Source of the DNA: an uncultured Actinomycetes bacterium
GTDB taxonomy: Bacteria > Actinomycetota > Thermoleophilia > UBA2241
Assembly (NCBI GenBank): GCA_963755025.1
Contig: CAVWIH010000017.1
Location: 54,078 to 118,077 of the forward strand
Length of the DNA stretch: 64,000 nt
Direction: 5' to 3'
The translations under genes were made by a program, and so were the position numbers. The notes beneath the pieces were generated by a model that saw nothing but the letters and a program-made list of their open reading frames with translations, did no database searches and was not told the DNA's origin. This document shows positions 47,712 to 56,998 of this stretch, piece by piece (positions within the stretch are counted from its first letter, which is position 1; each line of letters begins with the position of its first letter).

Positions 47712-48827
47712 ATGACCGCTCGCGCGACGCTCACCATCGACCTCGACAAGATCGCCGACAACGCTCGCCGGGTCGCGGCCGCGCTCGGTGACCTGTACGT
47801 GGTCGGCGTGACCAAGGTCACCTGCGGCGACCCCGAGGTCGGCCGCGCGCTGCTGGCCGGCGGGGCGCGGGCGCTCGGCGAGTCGCGCCTCGAGAACGCG
47901 GCGCGGCTGCGCGACGCCGGCATCGAGGCGCCCATCTGGCTGCTGCGCTCGCCGCCGCCGGCGCTCGCCGCCGACACGGTGCGCCTGACCGACGTCTCGC
48001 TCGAGAGCGAGCTCGAGACCGTGCACGCCCTCGATGCCGCGGCGGCGCGCGCCGGCAGGCGTCACGGCGTGATCGCCATGGTCGACCTGGGCGATCTGCG
48101 CGAGGGCATGCTGCCGGCCGACCTGCCCGCCTTCGTCGACTCAGTCGAGCGCCTCGAGCACGTCGAGCTCGACGGCATCGGTGTGAACCTCACCTGCTAC
48201 GGCGCCGTGTGTCCGACGCCCGTCAACCTGGGCGAGCTGGCGGCGCTCGCCGCTCAGACCGAACGGCGCCTGGGGCGCCGCCTGGCCTTCGTGTCAGGCG
48301 GCAACTCGGGCAGCATCGCCCTGACGGTGGCGGGCGACATGCCCGCGGCCATCAACAGCCTGCGCATAGGCGAGACCATCCTGCTGGGCGTCGACACCCT
48401 CACCCGCGAGCCCACTCTCGGCCTGCACACCGACGCCTTCGTCGTCGCGGCGCCGGTGATCGAGTGCAAGGTCAAGCCCAGCATGCCCGTCGGCGAGACC
48501 GCCCAGGACGCCTTCGGCAACCGCCCCACCTTCGTCGACCGCGGCGAGCGGCGGCGCGCCATCTGCGCCCTGGGCCGCCAGGACGCGCCCGCCGAAGGGC
48601 TCGTGCCGTGCGACCCGCGCGTCGAGGTGCTGGGCGCCTCGAGCGACCACCTCATCCTCGACGTCGAGGCGGTCGAACCGCCGCCGCGCCTGGGAGAGAC
48701 CTTCAGCTTCGTACCCGGCTACGGCGCGACGTTGCAGTTGAGCACGTCGCCGTACGTCGACACCGCGTTTGTCCACTCCGCCGGCCTGACGCCCAAGATC
48801 GTGGCGCGGAGTACCCCCATCACTTAG
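47712..48827 (+). CDS. orr: Ornithine/alanine racemase family PLP enzyme (likely ornithine racemase)
   Basis: GVTKV (PLP lysine), ESRLEN, DLGDLREG, NLTCYG, SGGNS, LRIGE, KPS.P.G, GASSDH motifs. Confidence 0.8.
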   Translation: MTARATLTIDLDKIADNARRVAAALGDLYVVGVTKVTCGDPEVGRALLAGGARALGESRLENAARLRDAGIEAPIWLLRSPPPALAADTVRLTDVSLESELETVHALDAAAARAGRRHGVIAMVDLGDLREGMLPADLPAFVDSVERLEHVELDGIGVNLTCYGAVCPTPVNLGELAALAAQTERRLGRRLAFVSGGNSGSIALTVAGDMPAAINSLRIGETILLGVDTLTREPTLGLHTDAFVVAAPVIECKVKPSMPVGETAQDAFGNRPTFVDRGERRRAICALGRQDAPAEGLVPCDPRVEVLGASSDHLILDVEAVEPPPRLGETFSFVPGYGATLQLSTSPYVDTAFVHSAGLTPKIVARSTPIT

Positions 48828-48839
48828 CGAGGAGTGAGC

Positions 48840-50162
48840 ATGGCAGACAGAACCAGGGTCCTGATCATGGGAGCCGCGGGCCGCGACTTCCACAACTTCA
48901 ACACCTACTTCCGCGACAACGAGCACTACGAAGTGGTGGCCTTCACCGCCACGCAGATCCCCTACATCAACGACCGCAAGTACCCGGCCGAGCTCGCCGG
49001 CAAGCTCTACCCGAACGGCATCCCGATCCACGACGAGTCCGAGCTCGCCGAGCTCGTCAAGAAGCACCGTCCCGAGCAGGTCGTCTTTGCCTACTCCGAC
49101 GTGCCCTACGAGTACCTCATGCACCGTTCGGCGCTGGTCAACGCCCTGGGCTGCGACTTCCGCCTGATGGGTCCCGACCACACGATGGTGAGGTCGACCA
49201 AGCCGGTCATCGCCGTGTGCGCCGTACGCACCGGCGCCGGCAAGAGCCAGACCACCCGCAAGATCCAGACCATGCTGCGCGAGGCCGGCAAGAAGGTCGT
49301 CTCGATCCGCCACCCCATGCCCTACGGCGACCTCGTCAAGCAGCGCGTGCAGCGCTTCGCCACGGTCGAAGACCTCGCCAAGCACGAGTGCACGATCGAA
49401 GAGATGGAAGAGTACGAGCCGCACGTCGTGGCCGGCAACGTCATCTACGCCGGCGTCGACTACGAAGCGATCGTGCGCGAGGCCGAAAAAGAGGCCGACA
49501 TCATCCTCTGGGACGGCGGCAACAACGACTACAGCTTCTACAAGGCCGACCTCTACATCACCGTCGCCGACCCGCATCGCCCGGGCAACGGCCTCGTCTA
49601 CTACCCCGGCGAGGTCAACATGCGCCTGGCCGACGTCGTCGTCATGAACAAGATCGACTCGGCCGACAGGGCCGGCATCGAAGCCGAGCTCGCCGCCGTG
49701 CGTTCGGTCAACCCCAACGTGCAGATCATCATGGGCGCCTCGCCGGTCACTGTCGACAAGCCCGAGCTGATCCGCGGCAAGCGCGTCCTCGTGGTCGAAG
49801 ACGGCCCCACGCTCACCCACGGCGAGATGAAGTACGGCGCCGGCATGGTGGCCGCCCGTCAGCTCGGCGCGGCCGAGTTCATCGACCCGCGGCCGTTCGC
49901 CACGGGCGAGATCAAGGCGACCTTCGAGAAGTACCCCAACATCGGCACGCTGCTGCCCGCCATGGGCTACTCCGCGCAGCAGCTGAACGACCTCGAGACG
50001 ACCATCAACGCTTCGGGCGCCGACGTGGTCGTGATCGGCACGCCGATGGACCTGCGCCGTATCGTCAACATCAAACTGCCAGCCGTGCAGGTGGGCTACG
50101 ACCTGCAGGAGATCGGTCATCCGACCCTCGAAGACGTCCTGCGCGAGCGCAAGTTCATCTGA
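48840..50162 (+). CDS. arcE: Arginine synthetase ArcE-like (COG2403 / cyclic 2,3-diphosphoglycerate synthetase family)
   Basis: IMGAAGRDFHNFN, AFTATQIP, AVRTGAGKS (P-loop), RHPMPYG, EEMEEYE, WDGGNND, EDGPTLTHG, PAMGY; flanked by a racemase and OTCase. Confidence 0.8.
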   Translation: MADRTRVLIMGAAGRDFHNFNTYFRDNEHYEVVAFTATQIPYINDRKYPAELAGKLYPNGIPIHDESELAELVKKHRPEQVVFAYSDVPYEYLMHRSALVNALGCDFRLMGPDHTMVRSTKPVIAVCAVRTGAGKSQTTRKIQTMLREAGKKVVSIRHPMPYGDLVKQRVQRFATVEDLAKHECTIEEMEEYEPHVVAGNVIYAGVDYEAIVREAEKEADIILWDGGNNDYSFYKADLYITVADPHRPGNGLVYYPGEVNMRLADVVVMNKIDSADRAGIEAELAAVRSVNPNVQIIMGASPVTVDKPELIRGKRVLVVEDGPTLTHGEMKYGAGMVAARQLGAAEFIDPRPFATGEIKATFEKYPNIGTLLPAMGYSAQQLNDLETTINASGADVVVIGTPMDLRRIVNIKLPAVQVGYDLQEIGHPTLEDVLRERKFI

Positions 50163-50201
50163 CGCTCACCCGAACCATCTGCTACCATCTCGTGTCAGTC
50201 G

Positions 50202-50238
50202 ACGGGGGGCGGGCCGCCAAAGGCGGCCCGCCCCCCGT
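50202..50238 (+). terminator. Hairpin between arcE and argF
   Basis: acggggggcgggccgcc-aaa-ggcggcccgccccccgt. Confidence 0.55.
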
Positions 50239-50280
50239 TCCACGAACAGCTCTCGGACACCTATAAACGAAGGAGGCCGC

Positions 50281-51240
50281 ATGACCGCGTTGCAGGACCG
50301 CATCACCAGGCTGGGCCTCACCGGCCGTGACTTCCTCACCGTGCACGACTACGCGCCCGACGAGGTCGGCGCGCTGCTCGACCTGGCGGTCGAGCTCAAG
50401 GCCGCCCAGAAGGCGGGCGTGGCGCACGCCGTGCTGGCGGGCAAGGCCGTCGGCATGATCTTCACCAAGACCTCGACGCGCACGCGCATCTCGTTCGAGG
50501 TGGGCATCGCCCAGCTCGGCGCCCAGCCGCTCTACCTGAACGCCAACGACATCCAGCTGCGCATCGGCGAGACCATGAAGGACACCGGCAATGTGCTCTC
50601 GCGCTACCTCGACGGCATCATGATCCGCACCTACGCCCAGGCCGACGTGGTCGACCTGGCGGCCAGCGCCACGGTGCCCATCATCAACGGCCTGACCGAC
50701 GACCATCATCCCTGCCAGGCGATGGCCGACGCGCTCACCGTCAGGGAGCACTGCGGCGGGCTCGAGGGCCGCAAGCTGGTCTACTCGGGCGACGGCAACA
50801 ACGTGGCCCACTCGCTGGCCGAGGTCGGCGCCAAGACCGGCATGCACGTGGTCATCTGCACGCCCGACGACTTTCGCCCCGACGCCGACGTCATCGCCCG
50901 CGCCCGCGCCGACGCCAGCGAGACCGGCGCCACGATCGAGCTCACGAGCGACCTACACGCCGCCGTCAAGGGCGCCGACGTGATCTACACCGACACCTTC
51001 ACCAGCATGGGCCAGGAGTCCGAGCACGACGTGCGCCTCGCCGCCCTGCGCGACTACCAGGTCAACGACGAGCTGCTGGCGCTGGCCGGCCCCCAGGTGC
51101 ACGTCATGCACTGCCTGCCGGCGCACTGGGGCGAGGAGATCACCGAGGCGGCGCTCTACAGCCCGCAGTCGGTCGTCTTCGACCAGGCCGAGAACCGCCT
51201 GCACGCCCAGAAGGCCGTCATGGCGGCGCTGATCGGCTGA
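50281..51240 (+). CDS. argF: Ornithine carbamoyltransferase
   Basis: STRT, HPCQ, GDGNNV, YTD..SMG, HCLP, ENRLH motifs. Confidence 0.96.
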   Translation: MTALQDRITRLGLTGRDFLTVHDYAPDEVGALLDLAVELKAAQKAGVAHAVLAGKAVGMIFTKTSTRTRISFEVGIAQLGAQPLYLNANDIQLRIGETMKDTGNVLSRYLDGIMIRTYAQADVVDLAASATVPIINGLTDDHHPCQAMADALTVREHCGGLEGRKLVYSGDGNNVAHSLAEVGAKTGMHVVICTPDDFRPDADVIARARADASETGATIELTSDLHAAVKGADVIYTDTFTSMGQESEHDVRLAALRDYQVNDELLALAGPQVHVMHCLPAHWGEEITEAALYSPQSVVFDQAENRLHAQKAVMAALIG

Positions 51241-51288
51241 GGGGTCGCCGCCGCGCCGGCGGCGCTGAGCTCCTGGGGCGCTGGGCTC

Positions 51289-52890
51289 CTAGCGCCACGC
51301 CGTGAACCAGGCGAGGCGGGCGTAGTAGGCGAACGACCACGACTGCGACACGACGAAGGGCAGCCAGGCCAGGGCCAGCCCGACGACGGCGCCGACGTAG
51401 GTCCAGGCGACGATCGCACCGGCGCCGCCCCGGGTACCTGAGCCGGCAGTCGAGCCGGCGCTTGCCGCGGGGGTCGTGAGCGCGCCGGGGCGGGCGCCCG
51501 CGAGCCCGCCGCCCGTTCGCGCCGCCCGGTCGCGCGCCCAGACCACGACCGCGAAGGCCGCGAGGGCGGCGAGGGCCGCCAGCCGCACCGCGGGCGTGCC
51601 GCCCGCCGCCGCGCCCACGGTGGCGGCGCCGACGGCCACGCAGAGCGTCGCCCAGCGGCGGCCCAGCGGCCGCGGCCCGGCCAGGCGCGCCAGCGCCACG
51701 GCCACGAGGATGGCCAGGAACGGGATGGCCGGCGTGAGGTAGTAGATGTACGACTGGCGGCTCGTGGCCAGCCAGGGCAGGTAGAGCACGGCGACCAGCG
51801 CGGGCGCCGCCGCCAGGTTCGGGTCGCGGCGCCGCACCGCCACCCAGGCGAGCCAGACGAAGGCGGCGATCGCGCCCCAGAACAGCAGCGGGTTGCCGAT
51901 GGCGATCAGCCCCAGCACGCCGTGCGGCGAAAGCTGCCAGCGGTACCAGATCGGCGTGGCGTCGAAGATCCAGGTGAGCGGTCGCGAAGACATGCTCGAG
52001 GTGCCCGACACGTTCCAGTTGAAGCTCGCCATGTAGCCCTGCAGGTGCAGCCACTGGCGCACCGTGTGGCCGCTGGCGAAGTAGTCGGCGTAGCTCGCCA
52101 CGTAGACCAGCAGGGGCGCCACGACGAGCCAGACGGCGGCGCGGGCAAGCGTGGCGCCACGAACCGCGCCGGCCGCGCGGCCGGCGCCCGCGGCGGCGCG
52201 TGTGGGGCGATCGTCGGCCCCCGCGCCGGCCGCGCGGCCGGCGCGCCGCGCACGCACCCGGTCGAACGCCACGATGGCCACGGCGCCCAGCAGGGCGAGG
52301 GCTCCCGACCACTTGCTGGCGAGCGCCAGGCCCCCGGTGAGTCCGCAGAGCGCGAGCCAGCGCGTCGCCCTGCCGGACTGCACGTAGCGCAGGGCGCAGT
52401 AGATGCAGACGGCCGACCAGAGCGCGACGAAGGGGTCGAGCACGCCGATGCGCGACTCGGTGATGAGCATGGTGTCCGAGGCGGCCAGCACCAGGGCGGC
52501 GAGCGCCCAGGGCGGAGACAGGCGCAGGCGGCGAGCCAGCGGGTAGACGAGCGCGATCAGCAGGGTGCCGGCGAGGGCCGACGGCACGCGCCAGCCCCAG
52601 GGATCGTCGCCCAGCAACGCGATGCCGGCGGCGATCGAGAGGGTGCCCAGCGGCGGGTGGGCCAGCGAGAGGCTGTCGCCGGGCTTCCACGGCGACGGCG
52701 CCCGCGGTCCGATGTCGCCGTGCACGACGGCGCGCGCGTCGTGCACGTAGTAGTGCTCGTCGAAGACGAGCGTGGGGAAGGCGTCGAGCGAGACCACCCG
52801 GGCCGCCGCCGACAGCGCCACGACGAGCAGCACGAGCACGAGGACCACCCTCGGTGCGGTGCTGCGGCGAGCCGGGGCCGCGACGGTCAT
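51289..52890 (-). CDS. PMT-like (GT-C/GT39) lipid-carrier-dependent glycosyltransferase, copy 2
   Basis: VFDEHYY, HPPLG, WGWR, SRIGVLD, SKWSG, IGNP motifs; TGATG coupling to copy 1. Confidence 0.88.
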   Translation of the reverse strand: MTVAAPARRSTAPRVVLVLVLLVVALSAAARVVSLDAFPTLVFDEHYYVHDARAVVHGDIGPRAPSPWKPGDSLSLAHPPLGTLSIAAGIALLGDDPWGWRVPSALAGTLLIALVYPLARRLRLSPPWALAALVLAASDTMLITESRIGVLDPFVALWSAVCIYCALRYVQSGRATRWLALCGLTGGLALASKWSGALALLGAVAIVAFDRVRARRAGRAAGAGADDRPTRAAAGAGRAAGAVRGATLARAAVWLVVAPLLVYVASYADYFASGHTVRQWLHLQGYMASFNWNVSGTSSMSSRPLTWIFDATPIWYRWQLSPHGVLGLIAIGNPLLFWGAIAAFVWLAWVAVRRRDPNLAAAPALVAVLYLPWLATSRQSYIYYLTPAIPFLAILVAVALARLAGPRPLGRRWATLCVAVGAATVGAAAGGTPAVRLAALAALAAFAVVVWARDRAARTGGGLAGARPGALTTPAASAGSTAGSGTRGGAGAIVAWTYVGAVVGLALAWLPFVVSQSWSFAYYARLAWFTAWR

Positions 52891-54471
52891 CAGATCCAGT
52901 TGCGGAACCACATGAGGTGGTAGAAGTGCGTGGTCGAGATGCTCAGGTCGATGAGGATCGGCAGGAAGGCCAGGCAGACGCCGGTGACCGCTCCGGCGTA
53001 GATCCAGGTGAAGTAGGGCCACAGGCCGCGGGCGCGGGGCCACACGATGAGCAGCACCACGGCGAACAGCACGACGGCGAGCGCCACGACGAGCACGGCC
53101 CAGGCGAACGCCGGCGAGACCAGCGACGGGTCGCGCCAGAACAGCCAGGCGGCCGCCTGGCCGATCTGGTACCACAGCAGGGCGGTGACCGCGGCGGCGG
53201 CGGCGTAGCAGCCCGCCGCCCACTGCCAGCCCGGCAGGCGGGCGCGCGAGAGCTCGCGCAGCGCCATGGCGACCGCCAGGGCCATGAACGGCGCCACCGG
53301 CGTCATGTAGTACATGAACGAGGTGCGCGAGGCTGAGAACCACGGCAGGTAGAGCAGGGCGACGATCAGCGGCAGCAGCGCGAGCTCGCGGTCGCGCCGC
53401 ACGATCGCCAGCACCACGAGGGCGACGAGCGCCGGCACCGAGGCCCACCAGAGCAGCGGGTTGCCGATCGAGATGATGCCGTGCACGGCGCCGTGCACCT
53501 GCTCGTAGTAGTACCAGACCGGCCGGTAGTCGAAGATCCAGGTGTAGGACTTTGAGGCGTAGGTGTGGGTGGCGTGCAGGTTCTCGTTGAACCACCACAT
53601 CTCGTGCTGCAGGGCCCACCACTGCGACAGGGTGTGGTGGCCCTTGGTGAAGTAGTCGGCGTAGCTCGCCACGTAGAGCGCGACGGGCAGCACGACGAGC
53701 GCCAGCGCGGGCGCCACGGCGTCGCGCAGGGCGTGCCACGCCAGGGCGCCCGGCGGCTCCTGCCACGAGCGGCCGCCGGTAGAGCAGGATGATGGCCAGG
53801 GCCGCCACGCAGGCGAAGCCGCCCGACCACTTGGTGCCCAGGGCGAGCCCGCCGGCGACCCCGCACAGCAGGAGCCAGCGCAGACGGTGGCCGCTCTGCA
53901 CGTAGCGCAGGGCGAGGTAGATGCAGAGCACCGACCAGACGGCGATGAAGATGTCGAGAGTGGCGATGCGCGACTGCACGATGCCCAGAAAGTCGGAGGC
54001 CGCCAGCACCAGACCGAGCAGCGCCCAGACGGGCGCCAGGCCCAGCCGGCGGCCGATCGGATAGATCAGGGCGAGCAACCCCACGCCGGCGATCGCCGAC
54101 ATGATGCGCCAGCCGAACGAGGTGTCGCCGAAGCCCGCTTCGCCGACGGCGATGGCGTACTTGCCGTACTCGGGGTGGGGCCAGGAGATCTCTTTGCCGG
54201 GCTCCCACGGGTAATACGTCGTGGGGCCGAGATAGCCGTGCAGGATGGTGTGCGCGTCGCGCGCGTAGTAGGTCTCGTCGAAGACGAGGGTGTTGGGCCG
54301 CTGCAGCTCGTAGAGACGCACGGTGGCCGAGGCGATGAGCACGAGGAGCACGAGCGTGATGACGACGCTGGGCGCGCGCTCGAAGCGGCGCGGGGCCGCG
54401 CCGTCGTGCGTGCGGTCGGGGTGGTCGTGGGGCGGGGCAGGCGCCTCGCTGGACTTCGCGGTCTGTGCCAT
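52890..54471 (-). CDS. PMT-like (GT-C/GT39) glycosyltransferase, copy 1; frameshift near 53740
   Basis: VFDETYY, HPEYGK, FGWR, SRIATLD, TKWSG; then H.YAS..W, IGNP, FMYY in a second frame. Confidence 0.88.
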
Positions 54472-54484
54472 CCGAGCCATTATA
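54472..54484 (-). promoter_or_regulatory. Putative -10 for a leaderless PMT transcript
   Basis: TATAAT (54484-54479) exactly 7 nt before ATG 54471; no SD sequence. Confidence 0.55.
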
Positions 54485-54494
54485 GACAGATGGC

Positions 54495-55058
54495 CTACTC
54501 CGTGACGGGCGCCGCGTCGGGGAGCGGCGCGGGATCGCGCATGGTCACGGCGACCAGCCAGGCGAGGCCGATGGCGATGAGCACGTCGCCGAGGCTGAAG
54601 ACGTTGGCCAGGGGCAGCCAGTGCGGCACGCCCACCACGTCGCCCAGGAACCAGAGGTGGGTGTGCGCGCCGTCGAGCACCGAGTTGTTGTGGGGGTGCG
54701 CCGACACCGGCAGGCCGGCCGTGCGCATGGCCGCGGCTCGCGCCGGCATGTAGCCGCGATTGACGACGATGGTGACCGCGTTCAGCAGCACGCCGAGCCC
54801 GAACAGCATGACCGGCGGGCGCGGCAGGTTGACCGCGACGAAGACGAGCAGGAAGCCGTACGAGGCGATGTGCATGACGACCGGCGAGCCGCCCGGCAGC
54901 GGACCGGCGAGCGGTGAGAAGGCGACGATCTGCAGCCCCAGGGCGATCACCACCAGCCAGGGCAGGCGCAGCGCGAGGCGCTCGAGGTTGGCGAGGTTGC
55001 CGCCCAGCAGCAGGCCGCCCACGAGCCCGCCGACGACGGCGGCGACGAGCACTAGCAC
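54495..55058 (-). CDS. DUF5317-like membrane protein (candidate LspA-like peptidase)
   Basis: GG.L..L, LN..I..N.GYMP, L.FLGD, VFSLGD motifs; overlaps the HD-GYP stop codon. Confidence 0.8.
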   Translation of the reverse strand: MLVLVAAVVGGLVGGLLLGGNLANLERLALRLPWLVVIALGLQIVAFSPLAGPLPGGSPVVMHIASYGFLLVFVAVNLPRPPVMLFGLGVLLNAVTIVVNRGYMPARAAAMRTAGLPVSAHPHNNSVLDGAHTHLWFLGDVVGVPHWLPLANVFSLGDVLIAIGLAWLVAVTMRDPAPLPDAAPVTE

Positions 55059-56362
55059 GGCGTCTTGGCGACGACGGTGGGAAGGACGACCAGGTGGCGC
55101 TGCGCGTCGCCGCGATAGACGCCGACGAACGTGTCGACGAGATCGGGGTCGAACTGCCGGCCGGCGCCGCGGCGCAGCTCGGTGAGGGCGATCTCGGGCG
55201 ACAGCGCCGCGCGGTACGGGCGGTCGGAGGTCATGGCGTCGTAGGCGTCGGCCACGGTGATGATGCGCGCGCCGAGCGGGATGTGGGTGCCGGCCAGGCC
55301 GTCGGGGTAGCCGCGGCCGTCCCAGCGTTCGTGGTGGTGGCGTATGTAGTCGCGTCCCTTGCGATACATGCTGAACTGACCGGCGAGCTCGCTGCCGTCG
55401 GCGGGGTGGGCGATGATCGCCTTACGTTCGTCGTCGGTCAGCGACGCCTGCTTGTAGAGGATGCGGTTGTCGGTGGCGATCTTGCCGAGGTCGTGCACGC
55501 GCGCCGCCGAGATCACCAGGTCGATCTCTTTGCGCGGCAGGTCGAGCGCCCGGGCGATCTCGCCAGCGTACTCGGCGACGCGCCGCGAGTGCTGGAAGGT
55601 GTACTCGTCGCGCTTGTCGACGGTGTCGGCCAGCAGCACCAGGGCGTTGTCGGTCTCGGTCTGCAGGTTCGCGTAGAGCTTGAAGCCGTTGTAGATGACG
55701 AGGATGAGGAACGGAAAGTAGAGGATGTTCCAGCGGCTGTCCTGATAGGCGAAGGCCAGCAGCGCGCCGAGCGGCGCCATGGAGACGTAGAGCACGCCCA
55801 TCTCGCGGAACGAGGCCGTCCATTCGTGAAAGAACGAGCGGCCTGAGAGGCTGATGACGACGGTGACCAGGGTGTCGTTGACCAGCAGAAAGACGACCGC
55901 CGCGACCAGGATGGCGAGGGCGTCGCGGCTTAAGTCGACGGGCCCCGGCACGGCGAGCAGCCGGTAGACGAGCGCCGCGAAGCCGGCCGACAGGGTGAGC
56001 TGGCCGGCGTTGAAGACGACGCGCGTCCAGTGGCGGTGCGAGATGATGAGGTCGCTGATGACCACGCCGCCGATGGCGATGATGCCGGCGAAGGCCGGGC
56101 CGTAAAGGATGGCGGCGGCAAAGCCGACCGTGAGCGACAGCGACATGCTGCCTTCGAGGCTCGACGCCACCGCCCAGCGTTCGCTCGTGACCGCCGCGGC
56201 CAGGAAGATGATGAGGTCGATCCAGTGGTCGGGCGGGAAGGTGCCGGCGGTCGCGGCCACGAGCACCGCGGCCGAGACGGCCACGATGCAGATGTATGTT
56301 GCCACCGCTGGCGACACGCGCGGTGCGGCTACAGGAACCCCGGGAGTGGGCTGGTCGGTCAC
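55052..56362 (-). CDS. Membrane-bound HD-GYP cyclic-dinucleotide phosphodiesterase with multi-TM N-terminal sensor
   Basis: About 7-8 hydrophobic helices, then [41 protein letters not shown]. Confidence 0.93.
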   Translation of the reverse strand: MTDQPTPGVPVAAPRVSPAVATYICIVAVSAAVLVAATAGTFPPDHWIDLIIFLAAAVTSERWAVASSLEGSMSLSLTVGFAAAILYGPAFAGIIAIGGVVISDLIISHRHWTRVVFNAGQLTLSAGFAALVYRLLAVPGPVDLSRDALAILVAAVVFLLVNDTLVTVVISLSGRSFFHEWTASFREMGVLYVSMAPLGALLAFAYQDSRWNILYFPFLILVIYNGFKLYANLQTETDNALVLLADTVDKRDEYTFQHSRRVAEYAGEIARALDLPRKEIDLVISAARVHDLGKIATDNRILYKQASLTDDERKAIIAHPADGSELAGQFSMYRKGRDYIRHHHERWDGRGYPDGLAGTHIPLGARIITVADAYDAMTSDRPYRAALSPEIALTELRRGAGRQFDPDLVDTFVGVYRGDAQRHLVVLPTVVAKTPC

Positions 56363-56421
56363 TGCTCTTCAGTGCTGCTTTGCGCTGCTCGAGGTGCGGT
56401 CGTTGGGCAGTCGCCGGGCGG

Positions 56422-56514
56422 TCAGTCCCACTTCCACCAGGCGCCGCTGGCAACGGCCAGCGCGACGACCAGGGCAAGCGCTATGACGACACGGTTGTAG
56501 AGCAACGATCTCAT
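56422..56514 (-). CDS. 30-aa signal-peptide-like s[33 protein letters not shown]
   Basis: Read manually; not in the ORF track. RBS AGAGAGGG before ATG; paralogous C-terminus with the neighbouring sORF. Confidence 0.85.
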   Translation of the reverse strand: MRSLLYNRVVIALALVVALAVASGAWWKWD

Positions 56515-56560
56515 GATCCCTCTCTTTTGCGTGAACGGGCGTGCGCGTGCGGCCGAGCTG

Positions 56561-56656
56561 CTAGCTCCACTTCTTGGCGGCTCCGCTGGCCACGGCGATG
56601 CACACGATCAAGGCGATCATGGCGAGCTTTGGGTACTTACCGGTCAAGTGCTGCAT
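56561..56656 (-). CDS. 31-aa signal-peptide-like s[34 protein letters not shown]
   Basis: RBS AGAAAGGA 7 nt before ATG; shares AVASGAxxKWx with the adjacent sORF. Confidence 0.88.
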   Translation of the reverse strand: MQHLTGKYPKLAMIALIVCIAVASGAAKKWS

Positions 56657-56754
56657 GTCGGTGTCCTTTCTGGGTGATCCCCACCAGATCGACCCCGCTG
56701 TTCGGCTGGCGCGACAGGCGTTCGCCGAATGCGTCTGGTCCCAGTGTAGGTGGG

Positions 56755-56782
56755 TATCGGCAGCGCGGCCACCTGACTTTAG
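56755..56782 (-). promoter_or_regulatory. Sigma28/FliA/WhiG-type promoter
   Basis: Minus strand reads CTAAA-N16-GCCGATA, about 100 nt upstream of the first sORF. Confidence 0.7.
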
Positions 56783-56998
56783 CCGCAAACCGCCGCAAAC
56801 GGGGCGCCGTCGGCGCGGCGCAGAACGGCGCCGGCCGCACCGGCCGCGCCGCGTGTGATATCACTTCCTTGGCTCACAAAGCGGGCCGCCGGGCGCGCCG
56901 CACTCGCGTACGCCCAGGCGATCTGGGTCTGGAAGCGACCTCAGGCGACAAGTCCGCGGGCGCTCGTCGCCGCCGCGGCGAAGAGGGGGGAATACCCG

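Noticed and set aside
51289-54480. Single 1063-aa double-PMT fusion shown in the ORF track
   Set aside because: Artefact of the frameshift near 53740. Copy 1 ends at 52890 with a TGATG overlap into copy 2.
56785-56815. c-di-GMP-I riboswitch (gcaaaccgccgcaaacgg)
   Set aside because: It is on the wrong strand for the HD-GYP operon and lacks GACGCAAAGC and the P3 stem.
56853-56880. CRP/Rex site upstream of satP (tgtgatatcac...tcacaa)
   Set aside because: Half-site spacing fits neither consensus; only a 10-bp palindrome.
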